DNA of 64,000 bases from Planctomycetota bacterium (lineage in GTDB: Bacteria > Planctomycetota > UBA1135 > UBA2386), in NCBI GenBank assembly GCA_965228735.1, contig OZ245838.1:2240001-2304000 (forward strand), written 5' to 3'. Shown here piece by piece: positions 10,101 through 17,735 of the stretch. The notes below the pieces were generated by a model. That model was not told the DNA's origin, did not search any database, and worked only from the letters and a program-made list of their open reading frames with translations. The translations under genes were made by a program, and so were the position numbers. How positions within the stretch are numbered: the stretch's first letter is position 1; every line of letters starts with the position of its first letter.

Positions 10101-12188
10101 GCTCCGGAGCGCGCCCTCGACCACGCGGCCGCGCCGATCCACGAGCTGATACCCGCGCTTGCCGAGCTCGGGATCCGGCAAGGCCGTCCCGCTGAGGAGC
10201 AACGGTTCGGGGCCGGACTGCCGGCGCCCGAAACGCACGATGCGACGGCGTTCCCCGTGCCACTGCGGCGCTTGGACGAGCAGGTGGACCGGCGTGTCCC
10301 GCCCGTTCACCCGCAACGTGTAGGCGCCCGCGGGAAAGCCGACGGGCAGCGTCAGCTCGGCGTTCTGCGCGTCGACCACGCGGGCGTGGAACCCGTCCGG
10401 GGTCAGCTCCCCGAGGTCGAAGACCATGTCGGGATGCAGGTTCTCGCCACGGAGCTCGAGCTGCCAGTCGCGATGATTGCGAACGGTCGCCACCGAGAGG
10501 GCGTCGGCCTCGACCACGGGCTCGGGCCGGGACGCGAGCACCTCGACGGCGAGCGGCGTCGGCAGGAAGTTCGCGCGGATCTCGTAGTGACCCGGCACGG
10601 TGTCCTGCGGCAGCCGCAGCCGAACGAGCTCGCCGTCCTCGACATGAGCGCCCTTCTCCCCGAACGGGGTTGCGCTGCGCACGATCTCGCCGCCTTCGAC
10701 GCCGCCGTCCGCGACGCCACCGACGGCAGTCAGCTGCACGAGCTCCGCACTGTCGGTCGCGGGCGTTGGCCCCTGCGGCCCCGCCGGCGACAGCGTCCAG
10801 GCCACGTTGCGCGGCAGCGCGATCCCGCGCACCGTGATCTCGAGCGGGTCGCAACCGGCCCACGGCAGGTGCGCCGACGCGGGTTCGAGCTCGAGCCACT
10901 GCGTCGCGACGACCTCGAGCGTCGCCGTCGTGCGACGATTGTTGATCGATACCGAGTAGGTGCCGCCCGGCAACCCGCCCTCGACCTGCACGACGATCCG
11001 ACCCGAACTCGCCGACTCGACGTGCACGCCATCCGAGCGCTCGTTGAGCGTGACCCGAACGAGCTCGTCCGGCAGGTCCTGGCCGCGAATCTCGAGCGTC
11101 GAGTCTTCGAGACCGTGGATCCGGCTCGGCTGCAGGTCGACCGCGAACGTCGTGTAGTGCAGCAAACCTTCGCCGGCGGCGAACGCGTCGAACGGCTCGT
11201 AGCCGTGCTCGACGAGGTGCCGCAGGTACGAGGTGACCGTGCGATACAACTCGTCTGCCTTGCGCGCGATCGTCGCCGCGTCGGCGCGGTCCTCGCGCGG
11301 CCGCAGGCCTTCCTGGATCAGGTACTCGGTGCGGGCTCGCGCCGTGTAGAGGTGGTCCAGGATCTCGAGTTCCTTGCGCCGCAGCTCCTCGGCGTTGGCG
11401 CGCCAGCCCATCCTGCCGGCGCGCTCGTGCAGCTCACTCATGAGCCGCGTGGCCCGACTCGGCAGTTCCTCGGTGGAACACGACCGCTGCAGCAGGTCCT
11501 TCAGGAACGCGGCGAGACAGTAGACGTCACCGGCCGGATCGAGCGCTCCGAGATCCGGCACGTCCGCGCGGGTGAGGAACAACTCCGGGGGGTAGTACCC
11601 ACGCGCCACGTAGTCCGCCGGCACCGCGTCCGGACTGGCGAACGTGACGCCGGTGTTGAGCAGCTCGAAGCGGTACGGCGAGCTCGACTCCAGCCCGCCG
11701 TCCTGCGGCAACGCCACGACGCTCTTGGCGTTCCACTGGCCTTGGAGCACGCCGTGGCGGTGGAGGAACTCGCACGCTTGCCCCAGCTGCCACGTCAGCC
11801 CCACGAACTCGAACGTGTCGATCGCGTGCCCCGAGAGCAGCAGGTCCTCCAAGAGCTGGAAGGCGCCCGGCGACCACGCATACCGCACGATCCGCACCTC
11901 GCCGCCCTCAGCGCCGACCTCCAGATCCAGCATCGGCGGCAGCGCTCGCGGCGGGGCGAAGCGGTTCTGGTCGTTCGACAGCACCTCGTGCGCGCGGCTA
12001 CCGAGCGTGAAGGCGACGGCGAACCGCTCCGGATCCAGGTGCTGGATCAGCACCGGCAATCGCCCGCGTGGGTCCTTGGGCAGCACCCGTTCACTGCGTT
12101 CGAACCGACCGATACCGCGCATCAACTCGGGCACGGCTTCGGCCGGATGATCGGCCGCACGACCGACGCGACGCATCGACTCAGTCAC
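7179..12188 (-). CDS. Large single-pass membrane protein: degenerate kinase-like domain, IPT/TIG-like repeats on both sides of a TM helix, C-terminal TPR-like helices
   Basis: Kinase-like remnants LGQACEFLHRHGVLQGQWNAKSVV, YYPPEL, GDVYCLAAFL. Repeated P..(V/L).....(I/L).(I/L)RG.NL motifs. TM IVQLAAALVVLVGLVSGGLAV. GTG 12188 lies 6 nt after GGAGG. Confidence 0.75.
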   Translation of the reverse strand: MTESMRRVGRAADHPAEAVPELMRGIGRFERSERVLPKDPRGRLPVLIQHLDPERFAVAFTLGSRAHEVLSNDQNRFAPPRALPPMLDLEVGAEGGEVRIVRYAWSPGAFQLLEDLLLSGHAIDTFEFVGLTWQLGQACEFLHRHGVLQGQWNAKSVVALPQDGGLESSSPYRFELLNTGVTFASPDAVPADYVARGYYPPELFLTRADVPDLGALDPAGDVYCLAAFLKDLLQRSCSTEELPSRATRLMSELHERAGRMGWRANAEELRRKELEILDHLYTARARTEYLIQEGLRPREDRADAATIARKADELYRTVTSYLRHLVEHGYEPFDAFAAGEGLLHYTTFAVDLQPSRIHGLEDSTLEIRGQDLPDELVRVTLNERSDGVHVESASSGRIVVQVEGGLPGGTYSVSINNRRTTATLEVVATQWLELEPASAHLPWAGCDPLEITVRGIALPRNVAWTLSPAGPQGPTPATDSAELVQLTAVGGVADGGVEGGEIVRSATPFGEKGAHVEDGELVRLRLPQDTVPGHYEIRANFLPTPLAVEVLASRPEPVVEADALSVATVRNHRDWQLELRGENLHPDMVFDLGELTPDGFHARVVDAQNAELTLPVGFPAGAYTLRVNGRDTPVHLLVQAPQWHGERRRIVRFGRRQSGPEPLLLSGTALPDPELGKRGYQLVDRRGRVVEGALRSVEPVPDADRESASAADVDAESSRHRLLVAPVKARGRLRLTFGGMPTGITLGLRHPTPRIVQLAAALVVLVGLVSGGLAVREHYRPVLERIEDATVFASRPASVVLLGRNLQQVELLPTAPAGPVGEQPVAVIDVASTGAAGRYELPLPATLPVGDYRLRPLGRFGAGAAMAGLAVRSPGFGVRPVVAHRFVDTPFELTAAAGFPLDDLADVALVPLSGRAPIEVPLTDGRFVLRAGSLPAAAEGDYRVRVDGVFLDEGQSLRIVGPRLVEAIPESVVPGRGDRIELELAVAEATPMPWLGLIGESAASDAGPGAAAGAEPVVVALVPTGVPVAVEAAVATRSEPSPTESATAKSSPAEASAMGSARSASTGEPANVEFGAGLVTRGVYRAEVPAGHYRIALGMTAADAVPTAASLRVLPRPVVRTVEPALLEPGKPTRIVLRGTNLAAASALSLRPVGATVDADSPRSIEVDRALVTPVGGAPTESELAGAELLEEFACTVTLPSGRFELAVTDHAELGSVELAVYDDCRGHLAAYVDGSADSAALLDCLESGRPADGVRSAAADRLFDRGEFAAAAGLYADDPSMRARFRAAFLKRFLEGAPVPMLRADAFVDAPGYAAAAAALGWLTTGEVVPWPAEASSWEAAFVRAFVEADAAVAGQLLDRCEELRVAAAAPVTPAPFPPFADVRAGLVVRGLLAGVATNPATVGRRLRDEVIADSAVWDRITPAQRAAALFWSGHTAHFYDGDDELARAHLERAAGGEAEAASWAPAYLAALGADAAASEQRPVDAGSTAWPVRFASLLADFRVVREEPNYDLLAAPGELRGTGIAPATRARAARLQRQLELLEATEPVDAFAHYSLLYAVRAAQEITWPQDYDGTLAEAHRQKLAGLAIAPELEPLRSYHLIAGAVAPLTLAQIVVMDKDTLRDHLSTLREIGRQPLPAPLRERAAVLLKKLSLPSVVWGSAKRTNL

Positions 12189-12407
12189 GACACACCTCCG
12201 CATCGCATGGACTACTGGAACGGGAACGGAACGGGCGGACGTTCGAGTCGTGCATCAGTCGAACCCGGATGGCGGGGTCTCGTTGGGAAGCCGAGGCCGG
12301 AACGCGAGCGGCGCGAGGTCGCGCCGCCCGTTCCAGCTGGCGATGGCTCGCAGCAGCCGCAGCCGCGTAGCGCGAAAGGGCGCGCAGCGTTGCACGCGAC
12401 GAAACGA

Positions 12408-12593
12408 ATCGCGGGTCTGGTGGTCCGTCGCGGAAATTCGCATCGAGAGTCCGCGCCCCTGAACGCCACTCGCGGCGTTGCGCCTGCTCGGCATATCCAC
12501 CGACATTCCTGCGGCGGCGCGCCTTGCGAGCGACGCCCAGGAACACGGACTTCTGATCCGAACCTCGGCGACAGACCACTGGTGTCCCGCGAT
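12408..12593. repeat. Long imperfect inverted repeat (hairpin) upstream of the pseudokinase operon
   Basis: gtggtccgtcgcggaaattcgcatcgagagtccg (12420-12453) matches the reverse complement of 12546-12579 at 26/34. Also atcgcggg (12408-12415) pairs with cccgcgat (12586-12593), and ctcgc pairs with gcgag nearer the centre at about 12498. Confidence 0.7.
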
Positions 12594-13333
12594 GAGGACA
12601 TCGTCGTCCTGTATCGAGTGCGCCGGCGTGGGCGCGCGGACTCGCACGGTTCTCGGCGCGCGGCATCGCGACAACGGGCGAGTTCGAGCGCGATCGTGGA
12701 CGCAGGTTCTGGTCCGCAATGGCCATCGCCCACCCCCCGTGCAAACCGCGGACCCAGCGTGTCGAAATGCATCGACGACCGCCGGCAGGAGCGCTGAATG
12801 CAACAGACGATGAGCGCATACCACTTCCGAACGCAACGGGTTGCGGCGACTGACACTTCACGGCGAGCTGAGCTGGACGCCGGAGCCGACAAGGAGCGGC
12901 GGCGACGCGCGCGCTGCCGCTGCGGATTCATTCCCGTGCGCTCTGCCGCGACGCAGACCGCATCAGGCAATCACGACCGGCGACAACATCGATCGCGCGC
13001 ACTCGACCGCGATCGACTTCCCGGCACGGCACGCGCAGTGCCGATCGAACTGGTGCGATCGCAGCGGCGAATGCGATCGGACGGGACCACGCCGCCGACC
13101 TGGCGCAGCGCTGTAGCGGGCGAACTCGGTCGGAGAAGCTGGGTCATGGCGGCCTCGCTTGAGGCTACTTCCTGCCACGAACCGGATAGTCCTCCCCGTC
13201 GAGCGGACAAGCCGAATCGCCCGATTCTCGCCCGAATTCAGCCGTTCACGCCCTACGCGTTCCCTGCACGTTTCGTGCCGGGCGAACCGATTCCGTCCGC
13301 CCGAGCAGCCCACGGAAACCGAGCCTGTTGCGT

Positions 13334-16300
13334 CTAGGAGTCGAACATCAGCGTTCCCGTCGTCGTCGTCATCACGTTCTCCACCGGGTCCATGATGACG
13401 AACTGGATGTCGAGCTCGAGACCCGGCGGCACGGCCGTCGCATCGAAGTCGAGGCGGCCCTCACCGCGACTGCCGAGGACCCCGACGAACGGCGATCCCC
13501 CACCGAACGAGTCGAGCAGGAGCGTCTTCGTGCCGACCTGGTTGACGCTGTGTCCGAGGTAGGCGCGCAGGCCCCACTGCTGGCCGGCTCGATCGGCACC
13601 GGCATCGAGCACGATCGTCATCGCGCCGCCCGGGCCGTCATTGACCCGCACGTCGACGTCACCCGCGGTGCTCGGCGTGAACGGTTGCAGGTTCGGCGAA
13701 CCCATCGAGCGGATCGGGAACGGGCGCCAGTCGTGACCGACATCGTGATCGAGCCCGTCGGCGTTGCGCGCGAGGCTCTGGGAGATGTCAGGCGCGAGCG
13801 CCGCCGTGCGGAAGTCGTCGGGATGCGACGGCAGACGCGGATCGTTGTGTTCCACCGGCGAGTTCGCTCGCGTCGCGCGGAGCAGGTCCACGAGTCGGCC
13901 GGCCGCGTCGTAGAGGCCGATACTGAACTCGGCCGCGCCGAGCGTCAGGTCGTTGCTGCGACGGTAGCTGACGCCGCTCGGCGTCTCCGCCGGCGGCTGG
14001 GCCGTGTTGCCGATGACGAGCAGCTCACCGGTCGTCAACACCTCGGTGTCGGGGAACGGCTGCAGGGTCTGGATCGGCGCGCCCTGCGCGGCCGAGTACC
14101 GCAAGGTCCAGCCCTGCAGGTTGACCGGCGACTGGTCGCGACTCAGCAACTCGACGTAGGTCGCGCCGCCACGAAACACCTCGTTGAGCTGCACCCTGGC
14201 GGTGGTGAACAGCGCCGCCCGAGTGTTGCGCGCCCCGGCCGACTGACTCTCGAGGCCGAGTGACCGGCCGTAGTCGGCGGTCCAGTCCGTCGCCGAGTTC
14301 GAGTCGAGTCCCCAGATGCGTTCGATTCGTCGCGACGTGAAGAACGGTCCGCTCTGGTGGTTGTGCACCGCGCCGCGGAACTTGCCGCCGAGGCTGCCTT
14401 CGTAGTAGCCACCTCCAACCGCAGCGGAGCGCACCTCGTCGATGACGTAGCCGTTGGGCGCCACGAGCCCGACGCAGAAGTCCGTCGCCGCCGTGGATGC
14501 GCCGGTCAGGACGGGGAACACCCGCACGGACAGCGGGATCTCGGCGAAGCCCTGCGTCGCGAGCTGCGTCCGCAGCACGATCGTCTCCTGCGGCTGGATC
14601 ACCACGCCCGCGAGCGCCATCGAGTTGCCTCCCGTATGACCGATCGGGAAGAGGTCACGCCACCGCACTCGCCAGTCCGTGAGGTCGATCGGCACGGGCG
14701 AGAAGTTGGTGAGCTCCACGGCACCGGGCACCGTCGGGGGAATCGCGGAGACCACCTCCGTGATCATCAACTTGTCGGCGACCGGGCCAACCGGGATCTT
14801 CGCGGACATGATCGAACCCGAGTCCGGGCACTGGCCGTCCGAGAACGGGCTGCCGATCAGCGCGTCCATAACGCCGTCCAGGTTCTTGTCCCCGATGTCG
14901 AGTCCAAAGCCGAAGCCATCACTCGACGGCGACCTTTGCGTGAACCACAGCAGCGTACCGTCGCGCCCCGACCGCAGTTCGATACGACCGGTCACGGCCG
15001 TGGTGCCGGGACCAGCGATGAGGAAGTCCGTTCCGCCATCGTCGTTCACGTCTCCCGCGCCAACAACTCGGAAACCGAAACGCCCGCCGAAGAACGTACC
15101 GCTCCACGTCGCAACGGGCTGCAGCCCGACGATCTGGCCGGTCAGGTACCGGAACACGCGCACGTAGCCGTTCCCGACGTGCCCGGCGTGCGAACCGTTC
15201 TCCGGCGCACCAACGGCAATGCTGCCGACCTTGCTGCCGTAGATGCTCGGAACGACCGCAACCGAGCGTCCGAAGTAGTCGTACGGCCCATCGCCCTGGG
15301 CACCGACCAGCGCGGTGCCGAACGACCCTTCGTAGATCGCCACGCGGCCGCAACGAGTTGCACTGGAGCTGCTGAACAACGGCGCCCCGACGGCGACTTC
15401 GGGCCGGCCGTCACCATTGAGGTCGAACCCGCCACTGACCGCATCACCGAACCGCTCGCCGGGTTGCAGACCCGGGATCCCGAAGAACACGCCCGCGGAT
15501 GCACCGGAGATCAGGTCGACGCGCCCCCGGTTCGACGCGTGATCGGGACTGCCGACCACGAGGTCCGGCGTGCCGTCGTTGTCGAGGTCACCGGCCGCAC
15601 CGACAGACGTCCCGAACCCCGGGCCCGAGCCGAAGCTGCCGCCATCGATGAAGTGCACGACCGCGCCCGTCATGCCGTCGAGAACATGCACCGCACCGTT
15701 GCCCTGCCCGGGCGCGCCGCTCGCGACCTCGGGGATCGAATCGCCGTTCAGGTCGCCGATCCGCGCCAACGCGTAGCCGATGTTGGCGTTGATCGTCGTT
15801 CCGCTGAACGTCCACAACGCCGAGCCGTCGGCCCCCGAACGGCAATACACCTGGCCCCGGCCGCCGTTGAATCCGGGCCGGCCGATCAGCGATTCCTCGT
15901 AGCCGTCACCGTCGATGTCCGGCAGGGCAACCACTGCATGACCGGTCCATTCGCTCGCCGAGTTGCACGGCGGCGCGGTCACGGTCGTGCTCACGACGTT
16001 GGAAGCACCGCCGGCGAGCACGTCGTTGAGCACCCGGAAGTTCAGCTGCCCGACGGGAAAGTTCGATCCCACGTCCATCGAACCGATGAGCTTGGTCTTG
16101 CTCGTCACCGTCGTCGGCATCGTCACCCATGCGCCGTTCTGCAGGTACTGCAGCTTGGAGCCCTGCGTGCCCTTGTAGGGCTCGAACGACCCGATGAAGA
16201 AACCGGTTCCCGTGACGTGCACGTCGATGGCGCCGGAGCCGGTGAATACCGTCGTCGGCACGTGACTCGTGATCGACGGCCCGGTCGGAATCCCGTACTT

Positions 16301-17059
16301 GGTCTGCAGACCCTGCACGTCGTAGTAGGACAGATAGGACAGGTTCCCGATCACGTTCTGGTACTGCTCGAACCCCGGCCGGCACCGGATCGTGTCGAGG
16401 TTGCCGACCCCGAACGACTTGCGGTGGTAGTGCATCACCGATTCGAAGTCGTACGGCCCGATGGGCTGCCCGTTGAACAACGAGAAGTTGCCGTTGCACG
16501 AGCCACCGCCGCAGCCGAACTGCTCGATGTTGTTCCACAAGATGCTGACGTACAGATCGCGGTCCGGACGCTGATGCTCGTGCTTGAACCCGAGCGCGTG
16601 GAGCAGTTCGTGAACGAGGATGAAGTGATCGTCCCAGTGCGAGGCGCCGACGTTCAGGATCTGGCCGAACTGCTGCATGCCGACCTGCGAGTTGCTCACG
16701 TTGCTCTGCGCCGGGTTCTCGCGAACCTGGATGTGCTGGACGCCGGACGTCCACGGCACGAAGCGGACGCCGCAGACCGCTTCGATCTCGGCGAACGCGA
16801 GTTTCATCGCGACCTGCTCGCCGTAGGACACCGTCGCCGAGTCGAACGTGTACGGCACGATGCCGCCCGTCCAGGTCGGCCCGTCCCAGTGCGAGTCGCC
16901 GAGCAGCGCGGTCCGCGGCACCCACATGTCGTCGAGCAGCACGTGGCCCGGCGGCGGGTAGACCGGCGTCCGCGGCTGGGCCTGGGCGGCGAGCGAGAGG
17001 GACAGGCCGCTGATGCCCGTCATGAGCATCGCGATCCACACGTGACGAACGGTTGCCAT
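13334..17059 (-). CDS. Secreted astacin-family (M12A) zinc metalloprotease with FG-GAP propeller and two lamin-tail-like domains
   Basis: HELLHALGFKHEHQRPDRD zinc motif, YDFESVMHY Met-turn, FG-GAP repeats (GDLNGD, GDLDNDG, GDVNDDG with GAP), LTD-like starts LMITEV...VELTN and VQLNEV...YVELL. Signal peptide from ATG 17059. Confidence 0.9.
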   Translation of the reverse strand: MATVRHVWIAMLMTGISGLSLSLAAQAQPRTPVYPPPGHVLLDDMWVPRTALLGDSHWDGPTWTGGIVPYTFDSATVSYGEQVAMKLAFAEIEAVCGVRFVPWTSGVQHIQVRENPAQSNVSNSQVGMQQFGQILNVGASHWDDHFILVHELLHALGFKHEHQRPDRDLYVSILWNNIEQFGCGGGSCNGNFSLFNGQPIGPYDFESVMHYHRKSFGVGNLDTIRCRPGFEQYQNVIGNLSYLSYYDVQGLQTKYGIPTGPSITSHVPTTVFTGSGAIDVHVTGTGFFIGSFEPYKGTQGSKLQYLQNGAWVTMPTTVTSKTKLIGSMDVGSNFPVGQLNFRVLNDVLAGGASNVVSTTVTAPPCNSASEWTGHAVVALPDIDGDGYEESLIGRPGFNGGRGQVYCRSGADGSALWTFSGTTINANIGYALARIGDLNGDSIPEVASGAPGQGNGAVHVLDGMTGAVVHFIDGGSFGSGPGFGTSVGAAGDLDNDGTPDLVVGSPDHASNRGRVDLISGASAGVFFGIPGLQPGERFGDAVSGGFDLNGDGRPEVAVGAPLFSSSSATRCGRVAIYEGSFGTALVGAQGDGPYDYFGRSVAVVPSIYGSKVGSIAVGAPENGSHAGHVGNGYVRVFRYLTGQIVGLQPVATWSGTFFGGRFGFRVVGAGDVNDDGGTDFLIAGPGTTAVTGRIELRSGRDGTLLWFTQRSPSSDGFGFGLDIGDKNLDGVMDALIGSPFSDGQCPDSGSIMSAKIPVGPVADKLMITEVVSAIPPTVPGAVELTNFSPVPIDLTDWRVRWRDLFPIGHTGGNSMALAGVVIQPQETIVLRTQLATQGFAEIPLSVRVFPVLTGASTAATDFCVGLVAPNGYVIDEVRSAAVGGGYYEGSLGGKFRGAVHNHQSGPFFTSRRIERIWGLDSNSATDWTADYGRSLGLESQSAGARNTRAALFTTARVQLNEVFRGGATYVELLSRDQSPVNLQGWTLRYSAAQGAPIQTLQPFPDTEVLTTGELLVIGNTAQPPAETPSGVSYRRSNDLTLGAAEFSIGLYDAAGRLVDLLRATRANSPVEHNDPRLPSHPDDFRTAALAPDISQSLARNADGLDHDVGHDWRPFPIRSMGSPNLQPFTPSTAGDVDVRVNDGPGGAMTIVLDAGADRAGQQWGLRAYLGHSVNQVGTKTLLLDSFGGGSPFVGVLGSRGEGRLDFDATAVPPGLELDIQFVIMDPVENVMTTTTGTLMFDS

Positions 17060-17111
17060 ACCCACCCGTTCCCCAGCGGCTTGGCGCGCGACAAGAACGC
17101 GGCAGGAATCC
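17057..17111 (-). promoter_or_regulatory. Putative ECF-type promoter, probably leaderless (TTCTTGTCGCGC-N12-GGGAAC-N8-ATG), copy 1
   Basis: Same motif and identical spacing to ATG as at 25368-25422; no Shine-Dalgarno. Confidence 0.55.
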
Positions 17112-17117
17112 GCCGAC

Positions 17118-17735
17118 TCAGCTGCCGTCGAGCTCGTCGAAGATCGAGCCGGGCAACCGGGCACGCAACTTGCCGACCGCGCGCTGATAGCGCCGCGCGA
17201 TCGCCGCGGCGGTCGAATCGAGCTGCACGGCGATCGCCGCCGGGCTCAGCTGCTCGATGCCACGCAGCAGGATGACCTCGCGATCGGCGTCGTCGAGGCC
17301 ATCGAGCGCTTCCCGGACGCGATCCCATCGTTCGCGACGGACCGCGGCGGTGATCACTCCGCTCGTCTCCGCCGGCAGCTCGTCGAGACGATCGAAGGCC
17401 GTCATCGCGCTGGCTCGGCCCGCCCCGCTGCGGGCGTGCGCGCGCGCGAGCGAGAGCACCTTGTTCACGATCGTCGTGCTGAGGAAGCGCAGCAGCACGG
17501 GCGTGTAGCGGCCCGAACGGCTCGGCAGCTCCGCGAGCCGCGGCAGGGCCACGAGCCACGCCTCGCTCACGAGGTCGTGCGGGTCGCAGCTGTTCCGCAA
17601 CAGCGGCCCGAGGCGATACGACGCGTGCGCGAGCAGGAGCGGCGACAACCTGGCCACGACCCAGTCGAGGCTCTCGCGATTGCCGGCGATCGCGCCGCGA
17701 ACGTGCATCGTCGTCAGGGTCTCGGCATCGGTCAC
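17118..17735 (-). CDS. ECF RNA polymerase sigma factor (kinase-associated type)
   Basis: Sigma2 LRNSCDPHDLVSEAWL, sigma4 LDGLDDADREVILLRGIEQLSPAAIA. Overlaps the kinase stop by 4 nt. Confidence 0.9.
   Translation of the reverse strand: MTDAETLTTMHVRGAIAGNRESLDWVVARLSPLLLAHASYRLGPLLRNSCDPHDLVSEAWLVALPRLAELPSRSGRYTPVLLRFLSTTIVNKVLSLARAHARSGAGRASAMTAFDRLDELPAETSGVITAAVRRERWDRVREALDGLDDADREVILLRGIEQLSPAAIAVQLDSTAAAIARRYQRAVGKLRARLPGSIFDELDGS

Noticed and set aside
12181..13337. Several 70-250 aa ORFs in the intergenic region
   Set aside because: No consistent codon bias, RBS or motif; the region is better explained by inverted repeats.
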